Source: an uncultured Gemmatimonadales bacterium
GTDB taxonomy: Bacteria; Gemmatimonadota; Gemmatimonadetes; Longimicrobiales; Gaopeijiaceae
DNA: 64,000 bases
Assembly (NCBI GenBank): GCA_963809895.1
Contig: CAWELD010000010.1
Location: 832,001-896,000, forward strand
Direction of reading: 5' to 3'
In this document: positions 9,533-19,495 of the stretch, one piece after another
Position numbering within the stretch: the stretch's first letter is position 1
Layout of the letters: each line of letters starts with the position of its first letter
Notes under the pieces: generated by a model
Database searches by the model: none
What the model was told of the DNA's origin: nothing
The model's input: the letters and a program-made list of their open reading frames with translations, nothing else
Made by a program: the position numbers and the translations under genes

Positions 9533-10036
9533 GTGAGCGACTCGAAGCTTGTGTTGCCCGAGAAGGGCTCGTCCAAAGCGCGGCCGCCGAAGTCTGGAGA
9601 CGCGATTCGAACCTGGGCGATTCTGGGATGGGTCGGGCTCGCATTCCTGGTGGTGGGCGGCGCTGATTTCGCCCTCACCTGGTACCCGATGGACTTCGGG
9701 AACCGCGAGTGGGAGTTCGGCACGGTGACTGCGAGCTTCAATGGATTGCCGATTCTTGTACTGGGGTTGGGGCTGCTGCTCACATCCTCTCTCCAGACAG
9801 GTCGTCGGTGGTGGTCGCTCCTGGCGGCCCTCGGGGCGTTCGTGCTTGCCCTCTGGATCGTCGTGGGTGTGGTGCTCTGGGCGACGAACGTGCCTCTGGC
9901 GCTGTCGTCGGTCCCGCCGGACGTGATGATCGGCATGAAGAAGTCGATCGCCAAGACGGTGGTCCAGAGCGTGACGTACCCAGTGGTGCTCACCTACCTG
10001 GGTGTGCGGTCGGTGAAGGCCCTGCGGGGCGGTTGA
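9533..10036 (+). CDS. Four-TM membrane protein, HpsJ-like
   Basis: AAGGA RBS then GTG; YPMDFGNREWEFGTV..NGLPILVLGLGLL resembles the HpsJ-family P-x-x-F-x-N-x-x-W-E..P-x-x-x-L-G pattern (from recall). Confidence 0.7.
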   Translation: MSDSKLVLPEKGSSKARPPKSGDAIRTWAILGWVGLAFLVVGGADFALTWYPMDFGNREWEFGTVTASFNGLPILVLGLGLLLTSSLQTGRRWWSLLAALGAFVLALWIVVGVVLWATNVPLALSSVPPDVMIGMKKSIAKTVVQSVTYPVVLTYLGVRSVKALRGG

Positions 10037-10084
10037 GTTCGGCGGATTGCCGGACTCGGAGAAACATCTGAGACGGAGAGAGAG

Positions 10085-10787
10085 ATGAGAAGCCTGAAGG
10101 GAGTGGTGGTCGCAGCGGCCGTTCTGGCCGCTTGGGCCACACCGGCGAGGGCGGACTGGCTGAACGGTGCCGCATGCGGCGGCACGTCGTTCGCCACGTG
10201 CGCCTCCGTAGCGTTGGTGACCGGATCGAACGCCACGGGCACGACGATCCAGATCACCGTGACGAATCTGGGCGCCAACGGCATGGCCGGATACTACAAC
10301 TCGATTTTCACGTCCGTGGGGCTGGTCAATCTGCCCGCTGGCGTGGTGCCGAGCGCGGCTCGCCACCGGATCAGGTGGCAACGGGAGCAATTGGGCCTCC
10401 TGGGACGGCCCGCCGCCGAACGACCTGAACGGCTTGCCGGCGGACACGTACGGCATGCGTGCGCCCCCGTCGCCGGTTGCGAATGGTCTACAGCTCACTC
10501 AGACCATCAGCTTCACCTTCCAGTTCACGGGTACGGTAAGCGCTGAGAATCTGGCCCAGATCGGGGTCGGGATCCACGGCCAGTCCGGTCCGAATGGCTG
10601 CTCGACGAAGATGGCCGTGATCAACGGACAGGTGACCACGACCGGTCCCTACGATCCCAACTGCAGTTCCAACGTCGTGCCCGAGCCCATCACCATGGTG
10701 CTCCTGGGCACGGGCCTGGCCGGTGTCGCCGGCGTGGCCCGCCGCCGTCGGAACGGCCTCGAGATCGAGGACGAGTCGGAAGCCTGA
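10085..10787 (+). CDS. PEP-CTERM sorting-domain protein (one apparent frameshift ~10355)
   Basis: Signal peptide ..TPARA; Thr/Gly/Asn-rich body; VVPEPITMVLLGTGLAGVAGVARRRR; ORFs 10085+ and 10434+ join by a +1 shift. Confidence 0.9.
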
Positions 10788-10815
10788 CGCGACATCTCTC
10801 TCCGTCGCAGTGCCG

Positions 10816-10844
10816 CGGGGTCCCGGTCATCGGCCGGGGCCCCG
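10816..10844 (+). terminator. GC-rich hairpin after the PEP-CTERM gene
   Basis: CGGGGTCCCGGTC-ATC-GGCCGGGGCCCCG; no U tract. Confidence 0.45.
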
Positions 10845-10860
10845 TCGGTGCGCCCGGGGG

Positions 10861-10889
10861 TTGAGACCCCCACATTCCCCCATTAGCTT
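10861..10889 (+). promoter_or_regulatory. sigma70 promoter of the tRNA
   Basis: TTGAGA-N17-TAGCTT ending 12 nt before the tRNA. Confidence 0.6.
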
Positions 10890-10901
10890 TCCGGGCTCCC
10901 G

Positions 10902-10975
<74 letters not shown>

Positions 10976-10991
10976 TTCGGTGAAACGCAAC

Positions 10992-11029
10992 GCCCCGCCT
11001 GGCATCTTTGCCGGGCGGGGCTTGCTGTT
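10992..11029 (+). terminator. Intrinsic terminator after the tRNA
   Basis: GCCCCGCCTGGCA-TCTT-TGCCGGGCGGGGC followed by TTGCTGTT. Confidence 0.6.
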
Positions 11030-11252
11030 GGAGCCCTGCACTATCCGTTGTTTCGGTTGTGTCGGCCTCGCCAGGGGGCGACCGCGCTCGGTCAGCTTCA
11101 GCCCCTCGCCCCTCGATGTAGACGTCCACCTTCCTTCCCAGTACGTAGTTGCGATCCGTGTCGATCTTGCCCCGCGCGGTTGCACAGGCCACCCTCATGC
11201 TCCGCCGTGAAGGACGGACTACCGAGCGGCTACGTCGAGAGAGGACTGGAAT

Positions 11253-13805
11253 ATGGCAGTGTCGCCGATTGCGCTACTGAACGCGGCGCTCGGAGGCCGC
11301 TACTCGATCGAGCAGGAGCTCGGCCAGGGCGGTATGGCCACTGTGTACCTGGCGGACGACCTCAGGCACGAACGCAAGGTTGCGCTCAAGTTGCTCAAGC
11401 CGGAACTCGCCGCCGTCGTGGGTGCAGAGCGTTTCCTGGCCGAAATCAAGACCACGGCGAATCTGCAGCACCCGCACATCCTTCCACTGTTCGATTCGGG
11501 GGAGGTCGACGGCTTCCTCTACTACGTAATGCCGTACGTGGAAGGCGAGTCGCTCCGGGACCGGCTGGATCGGGAGCGCCAGCTGCCGGTGGACGATGCC
11601 GTCAGGATCGCCCACAACCTTGCCGAGGCGTTGGACTACGCCCACCGGAAGGGTGTGATCCACAGGGACATCAAGCCGGCCAACGTGCTGCTGATCGATG
11701 GAAAGCCGGTCATCTCCGATTTCGGCATCGCGCTGGCCGTGGGGGCCGCGGGCGGTGGGCGGCTGACGGAGACCGGTCTCAGCCTGGGGACGCCGCACTA
11801 CATGAGCCCCGAGCAGGCGACCGGCGAGGCGCATGTGGGTCCTCCGGCCGACATCTACGCGCTGGGCTGTGTGCTGTACGAGATAATCGTCGGGAATCCG
11901 CCCCACGTCGGCACCACCGCGCAGGCCGTGCTCGCAAGGATCATTACCGAAGACCCGGCCCCGTTGACACAAGGACGGAAGTCGGTTCCGGCCAACGTGG
12001 ACGCGGCGGTCCGGAAGGCGCTGGAGAAGGTGCCCGCTGACCGGTTCGCATCAGCCGCCGGTTTCGCGAAGGCACTGACGGATCCAGGGTTCCGCCATGG
12101 CGACGCCGAGGCGGAATCCTCCGCACCGCAGCGACGCGCCATGCAACTGCTGCCGTGGCTCGTGGCAGCCACCGGCGCCGCGCTGGGACTGTTCGGACTC
12201 CTGCGCGGACCGACGACGGTACCCACACCCGGCGCCCTGCGGTCGGACCTGCTGTTCCCCAACGATTCAGGACCCGCCGGTAGAGGACTCGCGTTCTCTC
12301 CCGATGGGACCGAGCTGGCGTACGTGAGTACCGTGGCACTCGACGGTGGCCGGATCTGGATTCGCTCTCTGGAGACGGGTGACCGCCGCGTTCTGCCGGG
12401 TACGGAAGGCGCCCTCGGACCGGTCTGGTCACAGGACGGCCGGATCGCGTTCAGGGTCGGCAGGGACGAGATCAAGATAGTACCCGCGGGCGGCGGACCC
12501 GTGACGACTGCGGCTCACGCTCTGGGGCGCCCCGCATGGACGTCGGATGGCACGCTCCTTTTCACCGACCGTGGCGCGTTGGCGAGTCTCTCGAGTGGGG
12601 GCCCGGACGTGACCATCGCCCTACCGGACAGTACCAGACTGGGTGGGTTTCTCCCAACACCGCTGCCCGACAGGCAGGCATTTCTGATCCAGCTCATTGG
12701 CCGTTCCGGCGGGATCTACGAGGGCACCGTCTCCGGCGCGTTCACTCGGGTTCATCCGGGGGGTGGAGATCCCCGGTTCGTCGATGGCTGGCTTGTCTTC
12801 ACCCGCTCTGAGGACAGGGGTCGCGGGCTGTATGCTCAGCGCTTCGATCTCCGCTCGAAATCCGTGAGCGGCCCGGAAATTCCCCTGGCCACGGGCATCG
12901 CCACACCTCGGGGACGGGCCCAATTCGCAATCTCGGACCACACTCTCGTGTACGCGCCGCTGCAGGATGCGAGGAGTCCGGCGAAGTTATGGCGGAGCCG
13001 GGACGGGGAGGATCTGGGCGACACCGGAACGGATCCCGGCTGGATGTACGACCTCGCACGGGACGGATCGCAGATCGCGATCGGCGGCTGGGGGCTGTGG
13101 GTGCGCGATACCGACGGCGGGCCACCGCGCCGGATCGTGGCCGCCGGCGAGCAGGCCTACAATCCCCGCTGGTCCGATGATGCGCGCAAAGTGCTCTTCC
13201 GGGGCGGGGGTGGACTCCGGAGCATAGGGACCGCCACCGGGGATACCGCGATCCTGCTGCTGCGTGCTTCGGGCAATGATGTGACACGGCCGGTCGGCTG
13301 GGGACCGGACGGCGAGGTCCTGTTCATCGAAACGTCGCAGGATGGAACGTCTGCGCTCCGGGCTCTCGACGCCGGCGGTGCGGGCGACCCACGGACAGTG
13401 CAGCCTGGTGCGACAAACGCTCGCCTGTCTCGCGACGGTGTGTGGCTGGCATATACCGCTGAGGAAGACGACCGCCAGTCAGAGGTGTATCTTCGCGCAT
13501 ACCGCGGCGGGGGAGAGACAATTCAAGTATCGTCGGACGGCGGCATGTCTCCGTTCTGGGGTCCGCGCGGTGACGAGCTCTTCTTCGCGACCCCGGATGG
13601 CCAGGGCATGGTGTCGTCCCTTTCCTTCGATGGCGGGATCACCGCGTCCATTCCGACGGCGTTGCCCGTTGATATTCCGCTCGATCCAACGAGTCTCCCG
13701 GTGGCGGTGCACCCGGACGGGCGACTGCTCCTCGATCCGGCGGCCACCAGGGAGAGCCTTGCGGTGATTCGTGATTGGAAAGCACTCGCGGAACGCGGGT
13801 CATGA
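11253..13805 (+). CDS. Ser/Thr protein kinase with TM segment and TolB-like beta-propeller
   Basis: LGQGGMATVY, VALK, HRDIKPAN, DFG, GTPHYMSPEQ; repeats FSPDG, WSQDG, LSRDG. Confidence 0.93.
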   Translation: MAVSPIALLNAALGGRYSIEQELGQGGMATVYLADDLRHERKVALKLLKPELAAVVGAERFLAEIKTTANLQHPHILPLFDSGEVDGFLYYVMPYVEGESLRDRLDRERQLPVDDAVRIAHNLAEALDYAHRKGVIHRDIKPANVLLIDGKPVISDFGIALAVGAAGGGRLTETGLSLGTPHYMSPEQATGEAHVGPPADIYALGCVLYEIIVGNPPHVGTTAQAVLARIITEDPAPLTQGRKSVPANVDAAVRKALEKVPADRFASAAGFAKALTDPGFRHGDAEAESSAPQRRAMQLLPWLVAATGAALGLFGLLRGPTTVPTPGALRSDLLFPNDSGPAGRGLAFSPDGTELAYVSTVALDGGRIWIRSLETGDRRVLPGTEGALGPVWSQDGRIAFRVGRDEIKIVPAGGGPVTTAAHALGRPAWTSDGTLLFTDRGALASLSSGGPDVTIALPDSTRLGGFLPTPLPDRQAFLIQLIGRSGGIYEGTVSGAFTRVHPGGGDPRFVDGWLVFTRSEDRGRGLYAQRFDLRSKSVSGPEIPLATGIATPRGRAQFAISDHTLVYAPLQDARSPAKLWRSRDGEDLGDTGTDPGWMYDLARDGSQIAIGGWGLWVRDTDGGPPRRIVAAGEQAYNPRWSDDARKVLFRGGGGLRSIGTATGDTAILLLRASGNDVTRPVGWGPDGEVLFIETSQDGTSALRALDAGGAGDPRTVQPGATNARLSRDGVWLAYTAEEDDRQSEVYLRAYRGGGETIQVSSDGGMSPFWGPRGDELFFATPDGQGMVSSLSFDGGITASIPTALPVDIPLDPTSLPVAVHPDGRLLLDPAATRESLAVIRDWKALAERGS

Positions 13806-13944
13806 AGACCGACGAGCGCCGGCTCAAGGCTGCCGCGCCAACGGGCGCCCGACGCACTCTTCCGCGCCGGGCGCCCGCCTCGTCCACTGTCACTATCGGA
13901 TTCCGGCCTTCCGGACCCCCCGGGGTCGTGCCGGACTCCCCGTT

Positions 13945-15996
13945 CTACCAGATCTTCACCCGCTCGTCCGGCGCCCGCCACATCCCGTCGCCCTCCTTCA
14001 CGTCGAAGGCCTTGTAGAACGGCGCCAGGTTCGTGAGGGGGATGAACGCGCGGTAGTCGCCAGGGGAGTGGGGGTTGGTCATGAGCTGATTGCGCAGCGC
14101 CTCGTCGCGCATCTTGGTGCGCCACACCTGCGCCCATCCCATGTAGAAGCGCTGGTCGCCGGTGAACCCGTCGATGACCGGCGCCTCCTTGCCGTTCAGC
14201 GACATGTGATACGCCCGGTAGGCCACGGCCAGGCCCGACAGGTCGCCGATGTTCTCGCCCATGGTGAGCTGGCCGTTGATGTGCATCCCCGGCAACGGCT
14301 CGTACGACGCGTACTGGGCGCCCAGCATGTCGGTCTTGGCCTCGAAGGCCTGGGCGTCGGCGGCCGTCCACCAGTCGCGGAGGTTCCCGTCACCGTCCGA
14401 CTTCCGGCCCTGGTCGTCGAAGCCGTGGCTGATCTCGTGGCCGATGACGGCGCCGATGCCGCCGTAGTTCACCGCGTCGTCCGCCTCCACATTGAAGAAG
14501 GGCGGCTGGAGGATGGCGGCGGGGAACACGATCTCGTTGTTCACCGAATTGTAGTAGGCGTTCACTGTCTGGGGCGTCATGCCCCACCGGGTCCGGTCCA
14601 CCGGCCCGCCCAGGCGCCCGACCATGTCGTCGTACGCCCACGCGTTGGCCCGCATGACGTTGCCGACGAGGTCACCGGGCCGGACGTCGAGGTCGGAGTA
14701 GTCCTGCCACTTGTCGGGGTAGCCGATCTTCACGGTGAACTTGGCCAGCTTGGCCTGGGCCTCGGCCTTGGTGGCCGGGCTCATCCAGTCCAGGTCCTCG
14801 ATGCCGGCCTTGAAAGCCGCCAGCAGGTTCTTCACCAACTGGTCCATGCGCGCCTTGGCCTCGGGCTGGAAGTGGCGCTCCACGTAGAGCTGGCCCACGG
14901 CCTCACCCAGGGCGCCCTGGACCTCGCCGACGCCGCGCTTCCAGCGCGGACGCTGCTCCTGCTGCCCCGACAGGACCTTTCCATAGAAGTCGAAGTTCGC
15001 GTTCACATAAGGCGCCGGAAGCTCACCGGCATACCCGCTCAACAGCTTGGCCGTCAGGTACTCCCGCCACGTGGACACCGGCGTGGACGCGAGGATGCCG
15101 TCGAGGTTGTCCAGGTAGTCGGGCTGGCGAACCACAACGTTGTCGGCGGCGCCCATCCCGGCGCTGCCCAGGAACGTGGACCACGCGAAGTCGGGCATGC
15201 GGGCGTCCAGGTCGGCCACGCTCATCTTGTTGTAGGTGGCGTCCCGGTCCCGGTTCTTCGCCCGGTCCCACTGCACATCGGCGATCTTCGTCTCCAGGTC
15301 GACGATGCGCTGGGCCGCGCCGGCGGCGTCGGGCTGGTTGGCCAGCGACAGGATCTTCGTCAGGTAGTCGACGTAGGCGGCACGGAGCTGGACGAATTTC
15401 TCGTCCTGGTTCTCGTAGTAGCTCTTGTCCGGCAGTCCGAGCCCGGACTGGCCCACGCTGACGATGTAGGCGCTGGAGTTCTTCTGGTCCTGCCCCACGC
15501 CCACGCCCACGGGGCCGACCACGCCGTAGCGCTCCATGCGCGCCAGCACGTCGGGGAGCTGCGAGGACGACGTGAGTCCCTTGATGACGTCCATGGGCTC
15601 GGCCAGGGGCGCGATGCCCCTGGACTCGATGGTGGCCGAGTCCATGAAGGCCGCGTAGAAGTCACCCACCTTCTGCAGGTTGGTGCCGTGGGCCGCGTCG
15701 GCACTGGCCGCCTCTTCGACGATCTCCCGGATCCAGGCGTCGCTCTGCTCACGCAGGGCGTCGAAGGAGCCGAAGCTGGAACGGTCGGCCGGGATCTCGG
15801 TGCGGTCGATCCACTTCCCGTTCACGAAGCGGTTGAAGTCGTCCTGGGGCCGTACGCTCCGGTCGAAGCTGGTGGTGTCGATGCCCAGGGCGTGGCCAGG
15901 CTGCTGTGCGGCCCCAACCGAAGGCATCACGACGAGCATGAAAGCTGCGGAGGCGACGGCGAGAAGGCCGGGCATCCTGCGAAGTCGGGTGTACAT
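13945..15996 (-). CDS. M13 (neprilysin/PepO-like) metalloendopeptidase, secreted
   Basis: RPQDDF..VNGKW, VNAYY, FPAAILQPPFF, GHEISHGFDDQG, GENIGDLSG. Confidence 0.95.
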   Translation of the reverse strand: MYTRLRRMPGLLAVASAAFMLVVMPSVGAAQQPGHALGIDTTSFDRSVRPQDDFNRFVNGKWIDRTEIPADRSSFGSFDALREQSDAWIREIVEEAASADAAHGTNLQKVGDFYAAFMDSATIESRGIAPLAEPMDVIKGLTSSSQLPDVLARMERYGVVGPVGVGVGQDQKNSSAYIVSVGQSGLGLPDKSYYENQDEKFVQLRAAYVDYLTKILSLANQPDAAGAAQRIVDLETKIADVQWDRAKNRDRDATYNKMSVADLDARMPDFAWSTFLGSAGMGAADNVVVRQPDYLDNLDGILASTPVSTWREYLTAKLLSGYAGELPAPYVNANFDFYGKVLSGQQEQRPRWKRGVGEVQGALGEAVGQLYVERHFQPEAKARMDQLVKNLLAAFKAGIEDLDWMSPATKAEAQAKLAKFTVKIGYPDKWQDYSDLDVRPGDLVGNVMRANAWAYDDMVGRLGGPVDRTRWGMTPQTVNAYYNSVNNEIVFPAAILQPPFFNVEADDAVNYGGIGAVIGHEISHGFDDQGRKSDGDGNLRDWWTAADAQAFEAKTDMLGAQYASYEPLPGMHINGQLTMGENIGDLSGLAVAYRAYHMSLNGKEAPVIDGFTGDQRFYMGWAQVWRTKMRDEALRNQLMTNPHSPGDYRAFIPLTNLAPFYKAFDVKEGDGMWRAPDERVKIW

Positions 15997-16164
15997 GGCA
16001 CGTTTCTCGGCGAGATGAGGAGCGATAGAACGGCGACGGGGCCGCCCACGCTTGGTTCGACCGGGTGGGGAGGGCGACCCGGCACGACGCGAACGATCCC
16101 TGGAATGTAGCACGTTGTGCGGTCCCTGAGACGGCGGGCCCCCGGCGGATCCGCGTCCAGGCCT

Positions 16165-16545
16165 TCAGGCGACGGCCTCGCCGGGCCTCGGCTCCCGGGC
16201 CTTCCAACCCATCCAGCCCAACACGGCCGCGGAGACGACGGCGTAGAGCCAGGTGGCGGCCGCCGGCCAGTTGGGTGCCGGAGCGGCCACGGTGGCCGCC
16301 AGCACGAAGACGGCCAGGAGCCACACTCCGGCTCCCCGGCCCACGCGTCCGGCGACCCAGCCGCCGCCCACGACCGCGAGCTGGCTCAGAAGGAAGTCCA
16401 GGACCAGGATGGGACCCTCGAGCACAGTGTCCGGAGGCGTCATCCTCGAGATGGCCAGCCCGGTCGCCAGGCTGATGAGCAGCATGGTGACGTATCCGGC
16501 CAGCAGTCCGCCAACCGCCTTGAGCGCTGTTCGTCCTACAGTCAC
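16165..16545 (-). CDS. Small hypothetical membrane protein
   Basis: AGAGGA RBS before GTG; about four hydrophobic segments. Confidence 0.7.
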   Translation of the reverse strand: MTVGRTALKAVGGLLAGYVTMLLISLATGLAISRMTPPDTVLEGPILVLDFLLSQLAVVGGGWVAGRVGRGAGVWLLAVFVLAATVAAPAPNWPAAATWLYAVVSAAVLGWMGWKAREPRPGEAVA

Positions 16546-16811
16546 GTTCGGTCCTCTTTTTTGGCCGCCGCTGCGTGGTGTCCAGTGTCGGTCACGCCAG
16601 ATGGTACGCGGTGCGAGTCCCCGTCTTTCGGAGAGGCGAGGCGGCGTCCAGCCGGTGCCCCCCTACCTGGCGGTGTGGCGCCGAGCAATCCCGGTGTTCG
16701 TTGGGGTATCCTTGACTCACCAATCCCCATCCACGCAGGCTACGGAGAGCGGCTGAGTCAGCGGTTGGAGTCCCTTCCCCCATCCGTCGACCCATCATCG
16801 GGGGAATTCGT

Positions 16812-18059
16812 ATGCATCGACTGATCGGCACCGTCGCCATCGCGCTTCTCGTGCCCACGGCCACCGCTGCCCAGGTGGATACCGTGCTGGCCCGCCAGTA
16901 CTTCGCCGAAGCCGATTCCGCATGTAGGGCCGCGGGCGATGCGGTGTGGGGCGTGTCGCTCTGTGGGCCGATGGTGTTCGCCGACGCGCGCACCGGAACC
17001 ATCGCGACCAGTCAGCCGGCCCCGGACGGCCCCCGGCCGCGCGTGCTCGGATTCGCCAATGCCGCCTGGAAGTGGGGCGACCAACGCTGGTCCACGTTCG
17101 TGTGGTCGCTGATCGCGCAGGACAGTCTTCCGATGCGCATCCGGCTGTTCATGCACGAGCTCTTCCATCGAGTGCAGCCGGATCTGGGGTTGCTCAACAC
17201 CGCCGCGCCGGACAACAGCCACCTCGACACCGAGATGGGGCGCTATTGGATGCGGCTCGAGTGGAGGGCTCTGGAGCGGGCGTTGTCGACCGGCGGTGGA
17301 GACCAGCAAGCGGCGATTGCCGACGCGCTGGGGTTCAGGGCGACCCGTCGAGCCCGCTTCGATGGATCCGCGGCGGCGGAACGCGCGTCGGAGATCAACG
17401 AGGGGCTGGCGCAATACACGGGCACGATCGCCGCGGGTGGCACGAGGGCTGGTGCCATCGCCGATGCCATCCGCCAACTCCACGACGTGATCGGGCAGGA
17501 GTCGTTCGTCAAGACATTCGCCTACCCGTCGGGGGCAGCCTACGGCCTGCTCCTGGACGCCTACGCGCCGGGCTGGACGCACCATGTCACCGCCGCCGAC
17601 GATCTCGGCACGATGCTGGCGCGAGCCGCCGCCGTGACCCCTTCGACGGATGTCGAGGAGGCCGCTCTCCGGTACGGGGGGCCTGAGTTGCGCGCTGCGG
17701 AGGCGAGTCGCGAGGCCCAGCGGCAAGCGCGCGTGGCGGAACTGCGGAAGCGGTTCGTGAACGGTCCTGTGGTGGTGATCCCTCGTGGGTCGGGGGCGTC
17801 GTTCACGACCCGGGGGGTTACACCGCTGGGGGATGCCGGAACGGTGTTTCCCAAGTTCCGCGTGAGCGGGTCCTGGGGGTCGCTCGAGGCGGAGCAGGTG
17901 TTGGTCTCGCCCGATCAATCCCTCCTCACCGTTCCCGGACCGCCCACGATCGCGGGCGATACGCTCACCGGCGATGGGTGGAAGGTGATCCTCGCGAGCG
18001 GATGGACGATCCGCGCCGAGGGGGATCGGTGGGTGGTGGTGGTGGAGCACGACCCGTGA
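16812..18059 (+). CDS. Secreted protein, putative gluzincin-like metallopeptidase
   Basis: Signal peptide; MHELFH followed by INEGLAQY. Confidence 0.7.
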   Translation: MHRLIGTVAIALLVPTATAAQVDTVLARQYFAEADSACRAAGDAVWGVSLCGPMVFADARTGTIATSQPAPDGPRPRVLGFANAAWKWGDQRWSTFVWSLIAQDSLPMRIRLFMHELFHRVQPDLGLLNTAAPDNSHLDTEMGRYWMRLEWRALERALSTGGGDQQAAIADALGFRATRRARFDGSAAAERASEINEGLAQYTGTIAAGGTRAGAIADAIRQLHDVIGQESFVKTFAYPSGAAYGLLLDAYAPGWTHHVTAADDLGTMLARAAAVTPSTDVEEAALRYGGPELRAAEASREAQRQARVAELRKRFVNGPVVVIPRGSGASFTTRGVTPLGDAGTVFPKFRVSGSWGSLEAEQVLVSPDQSLLTVPGPPTIAGDTLTGDGWKVILASGWTIRAEGDRWVVVVEHDP

Positions 18060-18068
18060 GCAACGGGT

Positions 18069-18915
18069 TCAGTCGGGAGCGCCACCAGGCTCGGGCGTCG
18101 AGTCAGAGGCGGCTCTGAGGCCCCGAAGCTCGGTGTCCAACGCATCCTTCAGGGCGCGGGCCGCCTCGAGCATGCGTTCGTCGGCCTGGCGCGATACCGA
18201 CGCCGACGTCATGCGCGTCATGAGTACGGAGCGGGCCTGCCCCCACGCGGGGTCCTCCCGCGACAGGCTCCACAGGGGATCGGGCTCATCCACGTAGCCG
18301 CCCTGGAGCCCCGCCGTCAGCAGAGAGTCCGACAGGCTCAGCCGCCGACCCCCGATTTCTTCGGGGAGCGGCATCGGTAGGATCAGCCCACTCGCCACCA
18401 ACGTCTGTACGTACAGTCCGTCGACGAAGGCGGCGTTGTTCCGGTTGAGCACCTCGGTCAGGGTCGTCGACTCGTCGTAGAAGCGGACGATCTGGTCACG
18501 AAGGCCCCGGTTCCTGATCAGACTCAGATTTCCGGTACTGACCAGGTCCTCGTAGGTCGCCTTCGAGAGCGCGGCCGTGCGCCGAACCATGAGGTCCGTG
18601 AGCGCCCAGCGGACCGAATCGGGCTCGGGTCCGGCGCGTCTCGAGCTGAAAGCCCTGTAGACGGTAAGGCCGTTCAGCTGTTGTGACCGCTCGTAGGCGA
18701 CGGCCTCCTCGAGGTCGGCCACGGTGTGGTCGAGGTCCCGGGACAGGAGCGCCAGGTAAGTCGCCTCCGTGGTCGCATCCCGGCGGCCCTCGTACCAGGC
18801 ATTGAGCGCCATCGCGACCAGCACGCCGGTCACGACGACCAGGAACTCCGCTCCGAACCAGCGCAAGCCGGAGTCCCCACGTCCGCGCGGAGCGGTTGGC
18901 TGGGGTTGGTGGCAT
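18069..18915 (-). CDS. Membrane-anchored helical protein (DUF6090-like); start either TTG 18866 or ATG 18915 with a frameshift
   Basis: WFGAEFLVVVTGVLVAMALNAW..YLALL..DL; TYEDLVSTGNLSLIRN..LRDQIVRFY. Confidence 0.7.
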
Positions 18916-19137
18916 GGAGGGATGCGCGTCGGACACGGACGGGGTGGATAGAGGAGGTTGAAGGGCTCTGTCGACCGGTGGCGCACGGTAGGCCGCGGGT
19001 CGAGGACGGGCAAGCGGGCGAGGGGGGGTGGTCGCCCTATGGCGGGATCCGGGCGCAATCCTCGCGTTAGAGGGATGAGGGCCGGGCGCTCCCGAATAGG
19101 GCGTCCGTCCGACCTCCACCTCGAGCCATGGATTGAC

Positions 19138-19470
19138 ATGAGCGTGCGACGTGCAGCCTGTGCAGCCGCCTCCGCCCTCGCCGCGGGGATCCTCCTCTCC
19201 TGTGCGGCCGGCGATGCGGCCGGCGTCCAGGACTACGAGCGGCGCTACGAGGATATCGCGGCCGATCTCGCCTCATCGCTCCAGGACGAGACAGCCCTCG
19301 AGGCGCTCCAGGACCGCGCGGATTCCCTCAGCGACGAGATCCGGCGCCACCGGCTGGACAACCGCGATCAACTCGACGACGACGAGTACGATCGGCTCCG
19401 GGAGCTGGGATCGGACCGCCCGGAGGACTATCCCCTCGTGAGTCGAGCCCAACCTGGTTCCTCAGCGTGA
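19138..19470 (+). CDS. Small hypothetical lipoprotein
   Basis: Lipobox-like ILLSC followed by an acidic helical region. Confidence 0.55.
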   Translation: MSVRRAACAAASALAAGILLSCAAGDAAGVQDYERRYEDIAADLASSLQDETALEALQDRADSLSDEIRRHRLDNRDQLDDDEYDRLRELGSDRPEDYPLVSRAQPGSSA

Positions 19471-19495
19471 TGGGCAGGAGATCGGGCGTTCGTGG

